Positions 11,772 through 22,100 of a DNA stretch of 64,000 bases are shown here, in pieces. The translations under genes were made by a program, and so were the position numbers. The DNA is from a virus. The stretch lies in the IMG/VR virus record IMGVR_UViG_3300001866_000011; one strand, 5' to 3'. The stretch's first letter is position 1, and each line of letters starts with the position of its first letter. Under the pieces are notes generated by a model. The model was not told the DNA's origin. It ran no database searches and was given only the letters and a program-made list of their open reading frames with translations.

Positions 11772-11855
11772 TTTATATACAGATAGATCATATAAGTTAG
11801 TGCCGTAAAAATAGCAGAGAATTAGATCCTTTTTTCTTTTTCTTTGTTATGATGA
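11772..11855 (+). ncRNA. TATA-hairpin cassette A
   Basis: TTTATATAC at 11772, AGTGCCG at +27, stem ATAGCAGAGAA / TTCTTTGTTAT, TTTGTTATG at +71. Confidence 0.5.
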
Positions 11856-12122
11856 TTCGTTCGCCAAGGCTCACTTGTTTAACACTTTTACTTTAAAACA
11901 CAGAAATTTAATTATATTATTTAACTTATAGATATTTTCTTTAACTTATGTTTAATTTGTGCATTAGTTTCCACTTACATCTATAATAAATAATCAATAA
12001 CATTAGTGTTACTTTACTTAATATTCGTAATACTTGCTGTGACATAGTAAACAGAATTTAGTTTATCTATATATTAATTAGGATATTGTAAAGTATATAA
12101 ATAAAAAATAGAGATGTTTGTT

Positions 12123-12884
12123 TTATTCTGTAAGATTTACTTCTGTTGTTTTATTTAAAGAAGATGTAGTGTTATTTACAACTTCAAATGGGTTGCTAGA
12201 ATCTTTCCAGATATAATCAATACCAAGTTCATATCCAGTGCCATTCTTATCAAACTGACCATCATAGGTGCGCTCTGTCTTACGGAAGTCAATGTCGTTA
12301 CTTCCTGGAGTGAAACCCGCTTCTGTTGTTGCATATGTCTTGTAGGTAATTCCACCAGCATTTCCTTCAGCACTTATAGACGATGTCAGGTTCGCTTCAT
12401 TCATTACACCTGCTGATTTATATGCTCCTCCACCGCTTCCCATCTGTAGTGCTTCTGTTTCTACATACTGATAACTTGGAGTTGCATTTTCATTCAATGC
12501 TGCATACCATGACGCGCTACCATCAACATTTTTATTGTCTTCAAGAACATAACGATCTGATACAAGTGCAGCATCTCTAAATTCTCCTTCAACGGATGAA
12601 TCAAGTGTATTCTTATACTGTTGGTTACTGACTTCTTTTGCTTTAATAGATGCCATTCCAACAGTCAGAACTTTACGAGATGCTGATTGAATCTGATATG
12701 TCCCGTGACTTCCAATACCATCTGCAGTTACTTCAGACGTTCTAGTGCTTGTATGAATTCCAATACCACCTGCTCCCTGAACTTCAATAGATGAAGTTGC
12801 CATAGGTGTTGACATTACAGATGCAATTAGCATCATAACAAACATTAGAATAAAAAGATGTTTAATTTTAATCATATGTATCAA
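12123..12884 (-). CDS. Secreted/surface protein with signal peptide, Ser/Thr/Gly-rich, many N-X-S/T sequons
   Basis: KIKHLFILMFVMMLIASVMS signal peptide; sequons include NAT, NLT, NGT, NNT, NTT, NKT. Confidence 0.65.
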   Translation of the reverse strand: MIHMIKIKHLFILMFVMMLIASVMSTPMATSSIEVQGAGGIGIHTSTRTSEVTADGIGSHGTYQIQSASRKVLTVGMASIKAKEVSNQQYKNTLDSSVEGEFRDAALVSDRYVLEDNKNVDGSASWYAALNENATPSYQYVETEALQMGSGGGAYKSAGVMNEANLTSSISAEGNAGGITYKTYATTEAGFTPGSNDIDFRKTERTYDGQFDKNGTGYELGIDYIWKDSSNPFEVVNNTTSSLNKTTEVNLTE

Positions 12885-12898
12885 AAAACTCTCAAAAT

Positions 12899-13108
12899 TT
12901 ATTCGTTTTCTGTAAGTTTACAATCTCCATCTGGGTTGCTAGACGATGAAGATGAAGACTCGCCCTTACACATCATTTTACATTTGATAGCAACATTACG
13001 TGCTGCTTCTCGCACTCTACCGTAGAAACTCATACTAGGATTTGCAAGATCTTGTTTTAGTTCTTCACTTGCATCATCTGTAGCCATTTTTCTGTCCATG
13101 ATTGACAT
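12899..13108 (-). CDS. Hypothetical protein with poly-Ser tract
   Basis: Leaderless start about 25 nt below a TTTATATA box; 69 aa. Confidence 0.55.
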   Translation of the reverse strand: MSIMDRKMATDDASEELKQDLANPSMSFYGRVREAARNVAIKCKMMCKGESSSSSSSNPDGDCKLTENE

Positions 13109-13231
13109 GATGTAGTAATATACGCTTTAATTGTATATAAATGTAATAGGAGAGAAGAAGGATGGTAATGGTTATAGATCTATTATACCAATCACTATCT
13201 TTTTAAACATGTAAAACATATAGAATATAGC

Positions 13232-13255
13232 ATGAAAGGAAGAGAAGGTAATTAA
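13232..13255 (+). CDS. Micro-ORF 1 of peptide array: MKGREGN
   Basis: ATG AAA GGA AGA GAA GGT AAT TAA; TTTTTAAA box about 25-30 nt upstream. Confidence 0.45.
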   Translation: MKGREGN

Positions 13256-13256
13256 C

Positions 13257-13304
13257 ATGGGTGAAGAGAATAATACAATTGGATTTGATGAGGAGACTAA
13301 TTAA
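13257..13304 (+). CDS. Micro-ORF 2 of peptide array: MGEENNTIGFDEETN
   Basis: Open from ATG to AAT TAA; starts 1 nt after the previous stop. Confidence 0.6.
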   Translation: MGEENNTIGFDEETN

Positions 13305-13305
13305 A

Positions 13306-13353
13306 ATGAAAGAAACAACTAACATTTCAAACTATGATGAACTTGGTAATTAA
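13306..13353 (+). CDS. Micro-ORF 3 of peptide array: MKETTNISNYDELGN
   Basis: Same length as micro-ORF 2; GAGGAG lies just upstream inside the previous ORF. Confidence 0.6.
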   Translation: MKETTNISNYDELGN

Positions 13354-13355
13354 TC

Positions 13356-13421
13356 ATGGAAACTATTCAACTTGATCTATTGAAGTTTATTCCTGCATTG
13401 TTTGATGAAGAAACTAATTAA
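13356..13421 (+). CDS. Micro-ORF 4 of peptide array: METIQLDLLKFIPALFDEETN
   Basis: Ends FDEETN like ORF 2 but with synonymous codons (GAA GAA versus GAG GAG). Confidence 0.6.
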   Translation: METIQLDLLKFIPALFDEETN

Positions 13422-13438
13422 ATTCTTATTTTCGTGTT

Positions 13439-13633
13439 ATGTTTAAAATTTTAATCATTTGTTTAGTCATGTTATTATTCATTTCACCAGTTTCATGTAG
13501 TTATATTACTAATACAACATCGCTATACGATAGTAACAATACAGTGATTACAAACAATGTATCTATTACACTTGGAGAAGGAAGTTACTGTAGTGTTGTA
13601 AGAAATGGTGTTATAGAAGAAATTAAAGGATAG
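13439..13633 (+). CDS. Small secreted protein with signal peptide and three N-glycosylation sequons
   Basis: MFKILIICLVMLLFISPVSC; sequons NTT, NNT, NVS. Confidence 0.6.
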   Translation: MFKILIICLVMLLFISPVSCSYITNTTSLYDSNNTVITNNVSITLGEGSYCSVVRNGVIEEIKG

Positions 13634-14877
13634 TTTTAGAGAAGATTGTTTAATATTTTTCTACTTCATAATTATTTTTATCGATTTCATAAGTTCCAGA
13701 TGTAATAATATATTCGTCTGATGAATAATAACATATATCTTCGTCCCATTCAAATGAATATCCTCTTTTTGTAATCAGATTTTCTATTTTATAAGGTATA
13801 TTGTCTAAAAGTTTTATCATTTTATTATATATTTTAGAATAATGTTTAAAATCTATATCATGGTTACTTATATATTCAAATGGATCTCGTTTATTATCAA
13901 GAATATTAAATACAAATGAATATTTATTTTTATTTGGACCTATGAATGATATATCGCAATAATTATCAATTATTGAAAAATCTATAATATTGAATAAATT
14001 TTTAATCTTTAAAATTTCTTTATTATAATAATTAGAAATAGTATTCCAAGACTTACAAAAATATTCAACATCTCTTTTAATATTTTTTGGTATCATTACA
14101 TCGTTTACATTCATAGTAGATTATTTTTAATTTTAACGATTTCTAATTTCTTTCCAGTTTGATTTTCTATAAATTCATCTATTTCTTTTGTAGTTTTAAA
14201 ATCATCAATATTAACATTATAATGATCTTCAAAATAGATAGTTTTCTTTTGCTTCGTTGGAGAATTGATATTATAATTATCTATAAAGTCAGGATCAATC
14301 TTTGTTCTTTTCATTAAGGTATCTCTTCATTATATTTTACTAATGGGACAAACATACAAAATGCAATTACTAATATTATTGAAGAAAATATAGATTTTGG
14401 TATATATAAACATATTGTAATTATTATGAATAATATTACTTTTAAAATTCCTATGTTTATATCCATTATTCATCATCTGATAATTCTATTTCTTCAATGT
14501 CAATATGATCCCATTCAAATCCACCATTTACATTATCATTATATTCATCAAATAGATCTTGTGCTTCCGTTTCAGAATCTGCTTCAAATTCATTCACTTG
14601 TTCAGCATACGTTGTAAAAATATAAACTTTATTTGTCATTGTAAAATCCTCTATACAAATATTAACTGACACCATGCATAATGACATGCAACTATCAGTA
14701 TAGCAACAATCATGGTTATAATCCACGTTATAATTGCACTTGTCGATGGATCTCCAGGCCTTGATCTATAATCCATAGCAGTTAATATCATTACAATTAC
14801 GCTTGGTACACATGCTAATATGGCTATCCCTTCAAAGAATTGAAAACTGTAAATTGAGATCATGATTTATTCTCTTC

Positions 14878-15621
14878 TTAATCTCCTTCAATTCTGGGCG
14901 CCAATACATATGATCCAATGTTTATTCCATCTAATCCGAATGAAATTTTACATGGTTTGTCAGTTCCCATTAAAATTTCAACATCACCTTTAACATATTT
15001 GAAGCAATCGATTATATATTCAATTGAATATAGTGATGTTTTTGCATTGGAGTCTAATGATGATACAGCATCTCTGGTAACAAATTCATAAATGTATTCG
15101 GATTCATCATATGCATTGAAATAGAGATCTCCAGACACAATACTTATTTTTACTCTACTTGATTCTTTCTTGACTTCTTTGAGGAATTTTCTAACTGATG
15201 GTGAACTAACAATTGCAGATGTATCGAGAATTTCTTCATTAAAGTCATTGGGTTCTTTCTTAATTGTCGTGATATCTAATCCATTTTTGATTGTTAGATT
15301 ATATTTACCGGATTCAAATTTAATATCAAATGTATCATCTAGATCTTTGAAACCCTGGATAATATCTACATAACCATATGTCATGTTGGAGAATGTAGAT
15401 AGTTTAGCAAAATCAATGCCAATAACTTGTGGTTTAAGGCTGTAAGATTCAAATACTGATTTAGGAATATTAAGATTAACCATCATCACATTTGATATAT
15501 CTACGCATTTAAGCCAGATTCTATCTTCTTCAATATGCAATCGCGCTTCAATGTTACATGCCTTTACAATGTTTACAATATCCCTGAAATAGAGATACTT
15601 AATACGTGCTTGATTTTTCAT
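14878..15621 (-). CDS. pcn: PCNA sliding clamp (copy 2, more canonical)
   Basis: VDISNVMMVNLNIPKSVFESY, IGIDFAKL, SLYSIEYI, MGTDKPCKISF, YVLAPRIE; 247 aa. Confidence 0.93.
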   Translation of the reverse strand: MKNQARIKYLYFRDIVNIVKACNIEARLHIEEDRIWLKCVDISNVMMVNLNIPKSVFESYSLKPQVIGIDFAKLSTFSNMTYGYVDIIQGFKDLDDTFDIKFESGKYNLTIKNGLDITTIKKEPNDFNEEILDTSAIVSSPSVRKFLKEVKKESSRVKISIVSGDLYFNAYDESEYIYEFVTRDAVSSLDSNAKTSLYSIEYIIDCFKYVKGDVEILMGTDKPCKISFGLDGINIGSYVLAPRIEGD

Positions 15622-16171
15622 GATATACTAGTAATTAAAAAATTTATAATTTGCAATTTTTACACATATCATTATACTTACATTTGTTACCACAGATCTT
15701 TATTACTTTATATCTTCTAATTACATCGGTAAAATCATCTGCATTTTTATTATTTTTATAATGAGTAAGTATCTTCCCAACAGATATTTTATCAATATTT
15801 TTAGAATGCCGTTTTACCATTTTTCCAATATTAGATTCATCAATGTCATCTATGATCTCACATTTGTAAAATTGGTCTGGTTTATCATGGTAAACCCAAG
15901 TGAGATCTTCTGGATCGGGGTCATTAATAACTTCTTTAATAAATTTAATATCATTTTCTGTTTTTTCTAATGATTGTTTCATAATTATTTCACCATAAAT
16001 TTTATTCATATTTCCAGTTTGAAGGAACTCTTTTTCCAGTTTCTCTTTCAAACATTTCTTGTAAGTGAATTCTTACATCTCCATCAGATGGACCAAAATC
16101 TGCCATTTGATGAAACCATTTCAGGTATTCAAGTTCTGTTGATTCTTCCATAATAATCAATAATAATAGTT

Positions 16172-16330
16172 TTATTCTTCTACATTAGATGATTCGTCTA
16201 AAATGTTCATCGCTTCATCATACCCAGACCAATTATCAACACCTGCAGCATAAAGTGCCTCTAACATTGCTTCTGCTTCAATAAGTTCATCAAACCGTTT
16301 CTTTGAGATTATTCTACATTCTTCTTCCAT
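16172..16330 (-). CDS. Conserved small phage protein (LxAAGVDNWxGY motif)
   Basis: LEALYAAGVDNWSGYDEA motif, which I recall from diverse tailed phages; start moved to MEEECR. Confidence 0.55.
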   Translation of the reverse strand: MEEECRIISKKRFDELIEAEAMLEALYAAGVDNWSGYDEAMNILDESSNVEE

Positions 16331-16404
16331 ACATAGTATTAGTTCTAAAAGATGATAATAGTTTCGGAAGAAAGGAGAAGATAATAGATCTATTATTAGA
16401 TACA

Positions 16405-18720
16405 TTAACTGAAGAAATCGGTGAGACTTTTTTGGCCGTGAACAATTGCGTCCCAGTCCATACCCGCTGCTTCTACGTATGTTTTAAGTTTATCAGTAAC
16501 AGTTTTTTCAAGTGTAAGTTTCCAGTCAATGTAATTTTTCCATTCTCCAATATCTAAATCCTCATCAATACAAAGTTTATAAGGTTCTTTAGTTACATAT
16601 ATTAATCTCGGTTTTTCTCCCTCGGTTATATGGTGATTTAAATATTTTATAGTATTATCTTTACCTTCTTGCCAAGGACCACTTGCATTTGCTTTCCTAA
16701 CTTCCTTCGGTATAGAAATTTCAAATACATCTACATTTCCATTTTTAACTCTATCATATGATTCTTTAATATATTTTTTAGCATTTTCAGAATCATCCTT
16801 CATTAATAGTAGATCCATAAACGTTTCTAATATTTCTTTTGTTATTTTGGAATTATCAGATCTAGTTAATTCAGTACCTTTATCATACAATTCATTACAA
16901 TCTTTTCCTTCTTCCCAAATTAAATTACCAATATATTTCTTTTTTGCAGGTTCACCATCCTTTTTAAATTTAAACATAAGGGTTCTAAAGAATTTTTCAA
17001 ATTTAAGTTTAAATATAACTTTACTTTTTGTCTCAATTGAAAACTTTTCTAAAAAGTCATTAAATAATTTTTCATATTCTAGACCTTCATCTATTGTTTT
17101 AACTTCTGTAAGAAATAAGCTGTCCGTATCCCCCGCTATGACGTTTAAATTCAATTTCTCGGCATATTCTTTGAGCATTAGATTTATTTCTCTACCTTTA
17201 CGTGTAATAGTTCCCGCAATTTCTTCATTAAATAATCTAAAAGATTTCGATCCTATCGTACCAAAAAAGGCATTCGCCACAATTTTTATGGCTGTTTCTT
17301 CATAAAAAATGTTTATATCGCTTGGATTTAGTTTTTTTAATGCTCTTAATCTCTCTCGCTCATCCATAATTTCTCTCAATGTATTAGGAACCAACCCATC
17401 CACATCGGGAGATAAAGAGTAGCCATAGAGCACATTGGGGTATAATGCGGCAATATCTATCGTAATAACGTTATGATGAATTCCTGCCGGAGGTTTGTGA
17501 ACTATCGCACCTTCAAATTTAGATTTATCACTTTCTACGAATATAGATTTCCTTGGCATTGGTTTAATATTTTTATGTAGAAGAATCGATTCTATTGGAA
17601 GAGACGTATGCAACACATCGTCAAGAAAGCAACCTGTAAATTTCCGCAACCCTTCAAAGAAACTAAATAATCCTGCTTTTTCATCAATCAATTCAAGTGC
17701 AAGAACATCATTTAAACCATATTGAAGTAGCGTTTCCCAATCTTCATCTTCAAATAATTTATTGATGGTAGGTCCAAAATCTTTATATTCAAATCCATAC
17801 AATGCAGATATAGATTTAAGTGCATATGTTTCTCTTTGAGCATCAACAGCAGTTTTCTTCTTGAATGCTTCTTTCATATCAAGTGTAGATCTTCCGGGTG
17901 CTTTAGATCTCCACTCATTCTTTTTAATGTCAAAGTTTCTAAATGGTCGATTTATCCTACCAAATCCATTAAAATTTAAACCAAGATTATAAGCCCTTTT
18001 GATTAAATAAGGAAGGTCGTAGCCCGAACTCCACCAACCGCTGATTACATCGGGATTTATATCTTTTATATATTCCAAGAAAACTTTAAACAATTCGCTT
18101 TCATTTTTACAAGCAATATGACCTTCAAATTTAGTTTGTGGAACTCCTGATGTAAACAAGAAATGTTTTTTAGTATAACTATCTTTTACTTGGATCATAC
18201 AAACTGGATATTTTGCTTCTTCTGCACCAGGAAAACCACCATCTTTAGATAAGTTTTCAATATCATAATATACTATACGCGGTTCAAGAATTCCTTCTAC
18301 TTCTACGGGAGTTGGTCTATTATTAAATTCATCCCATGTATATGCATATTTTATTTTATAGTCTACAAGAAATCTCTTTTCAAATAAGAAATCACTCATA
18401 TCAGTAAATGAATAGTTATCTCGTATATCCCTAACTCTATTGGGTATATCAACAATTACCTTTCTAACTTCTCTTCCTAGCGCATCTATAACAATTTCAT
18501 CATCATATCTGCATTTAGGAGGAAGTTTATATCTATCAGGATCTTCTTTATCGGTTTCATTTGCAGGACAATAAAAATATGGTTCAAACCCATAAACTTT
18601 GTGAGTAATTGTTTTATACTTATCTTTATAGTTCCTGGAAAAAAGCATTATAATAGGCTTATTAGTTTTATAATCGACAATATACCCCGCATTCTCCATT
18701 ATCCATATTTCAGAATCCAT
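16405..18720 (-). CDS. polB: Family B DNA polymerase with 3'-5' exonuclease and C-terminal PIP box
   Basis: ExoI YYDIE, ExoII GYDLPYL, ExoIII YGLNDV; motif A DIAALYPN, B KIVANAFFG, C GDTDS; KKKY; terminal QKSLTDFF PIP box. Confidence 0.97.
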   Translation of the reverse strand: MDSEIWIMENAGYIVDYKTNKPIIMLFSRNYKDKYKTITHKVYGFEPYFYCPANETDKEDPDRYKLPPKCRYDDEIVIDALGREVRKVIVDIPNRVRDIRDNYSFTDMSDFLFEKRFLVDYKIKYAYTWDEFNNRPTPVEVEGILEPRIVYYDIENLSKDGGFPGAEEAKYPVCMIQVKDSYTKKHFLFTSGVPQTKFEGHIACKNESELFKVFLEYIKDINPDVISGWWSSGYDLPYLIKRAYNLGLNFNGFGRINRPFRNFDIKKNEWRSKAPGRSTLDMKEAFKKKTAVDAQRETYALKSISALYGFEYKDFGPTINKLFEDEDWETLLQYGLNDVLALELIDEKAGLFSFFEGLRKFTGCFLDDVLHTSLPIESILLHKNIKPMPRKSIFVESDKSKFEGAIVHKPPAGIHHNVITIDIAALYPNVLYGYSLSPDVDGLVPNTLREIMDERERLRALKKLNPSDINIFYEETAIKIVANAFFGTIGSKSFRLFNEEIAGTITRKGREINLMLKEYAEKLNLNVIAGDTDSLFLTEVKTIDEGLEYEKLFNDFLEKFSIETKSKVIFKLKFEKFFRTLMFKFKKDGEPAKKKYIGNLIWEEGKDCNELYDKGTELTRSDNSKITKEILETFMDLLLMKDDSENAKKYIKESYDRVKNGNVDVFEISIPKEVRKANASGPWQEGKDNTIKYLNHHITEGEKPRLIYVTKEPYKLCIDEDLDIGEWKNYIDWKLTLEKTVTDKLKTYVEAAGMDWDAIVHGQKSLTDFFS

Positions 18721-18827
18721 TTCTATAATATATGTAATTAAAAGAAGATAAACATACCGAAGAAAAGAATTAATGGAGTAAAAATATTGAAAAATAGAAA
18801 AACTAATTAAAATGGATATTTTTCGTT

Positions 18828-19061
18828 TTAATGCTTAAATTTCCTAGCATTTTTTGCAAATACGCCTTTACGCTTCATTTCTAATGAGATCTTCTTCGTT
18901 TCTCCTTGTTTTGTTTTTATTGTATCCCCAACATTAGAATTAGCCAATGCATTAATCTTGGATTCTGGAATTTTCTCATCAGGTTTATATCCCAATGCTT
19001 TATGTAATGTTCCCTTCTTAATATCGCTCAAAAAGTTTGGATCTTTTTTCTTTGGCGCCAT
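18828..19061 (-). CDS. Small basic, putative nucleic-acid-binding protein
   Basis: Lys-rich 77 aa with KKGTLHKALG..PDEKIP, a motif I recall from phage proteins. Confidence 0.45.
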   Translation of the reverse strand: MAPKKKDPNFLSDIKKGTLHKALGYKPDEKIPESKINALANSNVGDTIKTKQGETKKISLEMKRKGVFAKNARKFKH

Positions 19062-19120
19062 GTTTCAATATTACAATTCCTACTATATAAAACTATTCGT
19101 CAACTAATAAAACAACAAAC

Positions 19121-22100
19121 CTATTCTTCCTTCAAATATTTTATATTATTCCTGATAACAACAAACAACCTTTCTAATGATATATCAATGTATTTTTTAT
19201 CTATATTCACACCAATTCTAGTTTCTTCTTCTTTAACAATATAAATACAGTCATCTGTTTTATTATCAAAAATTTTTATAGCAATAGTTCCATCCATTTT
19301 AATCACATAATATAGAAGTTCCAAATTTCTTTTTAGAACAATATTCTCCAACTTTACAGTTCTCCTTGCTCATACAATTCCCGCTATATCCAAAGTCTCT
19401 ACATCCAGAGTCAAAATACTGGAACCAATGCAAGTAAAATCGAGTAACTCCCGGGTATATGAAGTTAATACATTCTCTATATTTACCGGAAGATTCAAAT
19501 CCTTCCTGTTTGTAAAATGATGTCCCCACATCAATACAAATCTCTTCGATCTCTATAATTCTGTATAATCGATCCCCCTTTAGTCTAAAAACATCTCCCA
19601 CTTCTCCTTTAGGTTCATCTCTCGTCGTGCAGCATTTTTTACCCTGTAATATCAACTCTTCCATTTCAGGAGAGAATTTTAGTTTAATTAATGCCATTCT
19701 TTTTATCTTCCTTATCCAATGGACATTCTATTAATCTCTTACTAAAATCTCTAATGATTGGATGTGCAAATTCAATCAACCCTATAGATTCTTCTAAATG
19801 TAATCCTCTTATAGCATTACAGTAATTTAAAAGTTCGCCATCAACAGTCACACCTCTAAAATTATAACACCCACAACACCCAAAACCATCAATACGGATT
19901 TTATTTGTCATTTGTAAACACCGTTTTATTCACTGCTCCCATATATTCTCCATTTTTCGCATTACTAGATCTAGTTCAATCTGACATACATTTCTATTTA
20001 CAAACTTTCCTAATGCTGCACAATATGGTCTATAATCCTCACTTGCAAGCGCTCTATAACATTTACAAGTCAAATTACAATCTGAAATTGTAGGATTGCC
20101 ATTTTTATTAGAATAATTATAATCAGACATGTTAAAGAATAAGAAATAAGAGATTTTTATTCATCTGGTGGTTCTGGATATCCATTTTGTTTCCACTGTT
20201 CGTCCACATAACTCAAAATGTCTTCTGGAATTTTATTTCCTTCCCACCCACTTGTTCTACAAATATACTTAAGTCTAAATAACGTCTTGCGTTCTCCAGT
20301 TTTAGAATTATAAACTGTAAATAATTCATCAACATCTTTTGGATGTTTCCACATTAACCTAGTATATTGTTTGTATCTATCATCAAATGATTCCGTGATT
20401 ACATACCAATATACGTATTTCCTATTTACATCAAAACTTCTTTCTTCTTTCATTTTAATCAATATAATCCATAATTCTAATACACGTTGGTTTAACTTCA
20501 CCATTATCAATACTCATTACAGATTCAGCATTTGTTACTGGATTAAACCATTCTTCTCCATCTTCATCACAATGATCAATATAAACAGGAAGATCTCCAT
20601 CCTCATCAATCTCTTCTTGCAACTGCTTAATTAATTCACTTGCTAACATAAAACTTACCATTTATTATTTTCTTTTAGATTTCCATTCACCATCATCATA
20701 CCAATAATGCGCATGACATTTATTACAATATCCAATATTTACAGGATATTCTTCTTCGAATGAATAATAAACTACATTTTTTGTATTACAATATTTACAC
20801 ATATCCATGATATAACTTCTTATATAGGTTCATCTGAATTGGAAAGACAGAAAAATTCATTATAAAAAACATGCATTTTAATGTCAGTTTCATTCACATC
20901 TCCATTTATTCTAATTTCATGATCACCATAATCATCAATAAACCATTGAATAAAATTAATTAATTCACTTGCTAGCATAATTATTTCTCACAAGTAAAAC
21001 CAACACCATACATATTATCAACTATTTCAATTCTTAAAGATATATAGTTAGGAATATAGTCAATTCTTTCAATAAATTTATTTACCACAGCATCTACTGA
21101 AATTTGGGATAGTTCATCACTAATGTATGTAATATCTTTTTCTGGATCATCAATTTCTATCTTAACATTTTCAAACGTTTCATTAATTTTATTTTTTATC
21201 AAAATTAAATATTCACTTGCCAACATTATAAACCTCAATAACAATTTTAAACATCATCCAGGAAATAGTCATATTCGTGTGGAGGAATGCTTGTAACTCT
21301 TTCAAATGTCCCAGACTGTTTTACTTCTCCCCAGAAGATATCATCATTCGAACAAGTCCACTCATTCCCATCGAGACTTTCTTCAATACATTTTTGAGCA
21401 CAATCAATTGCTTCCTGTTCAGTATCAAAGAAATCTTCAATACCGCCATCAGCAAATACAAAATACTTCTTCATTCTTCCATCTCTTATTTATAAATACC
21501 ACCAATTAATCCAATAATGTAAATTCCCATCAATGCAATAAATGGAAACCACAATTGTTCAATATTTAATGATAACTTAAACATCGCATTAAATATAAAC
21601 ATTAAACTTTGCATTACAACAATCACAATCACCATAATATTTCCAATATTCGACGGTTGATAATAAATAATAGGTTGCTGTGTATTAGGAGAATCGTTGT
21701 CATTCAATTATATCACCAACTGTAATATCTATATCCCATACACCATTTCTAATATTCTCAAGTGTAATTTGCTCTGCTTCAAATTCATCTTCTGCTTCTA
21801 CTTCATAATAATCAGACACATATACACCATAAGTTTTAATCATATTTTATTTATCTCTCCTTATTTCACTTCTAGGTTCAATGTTTCATTATGAATCCAT
21901 ACTCTATATTTATACTGTTTCCAAATTTCAGACACACACCAATTTCCACTTTGCTGTTTTATCATCTTCCTAATTTTATTACACATATGTTTATCTTCAA
22001 TAACTTTTCCACTTGTAGTATCAATCCAATCATTACTTGTATTAGAAAGATCTCTTCCATAAACTCTAACAGAATTCTTTTTCTTCACTACAATTCTATT

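Noticed and set aside
13232-13421. TGATGA repeats read as C/D-box or TIGR-like guide RNA array
   Set aside because: No CTGA D boxes, unit lengths are unequal (49, 49, 68), no Nop-domain protein in the window, and synonymous codon changes favour a peptide-coding explanation.
18811-18850. ACTAATTAAAATG resembling the micropeptide junction
   Set aside because: Single copy, no upstream in-frame DEETN-type ORF, and it overlaps the stop of a minus-strand gene; likely chance in AT-rich DNA.
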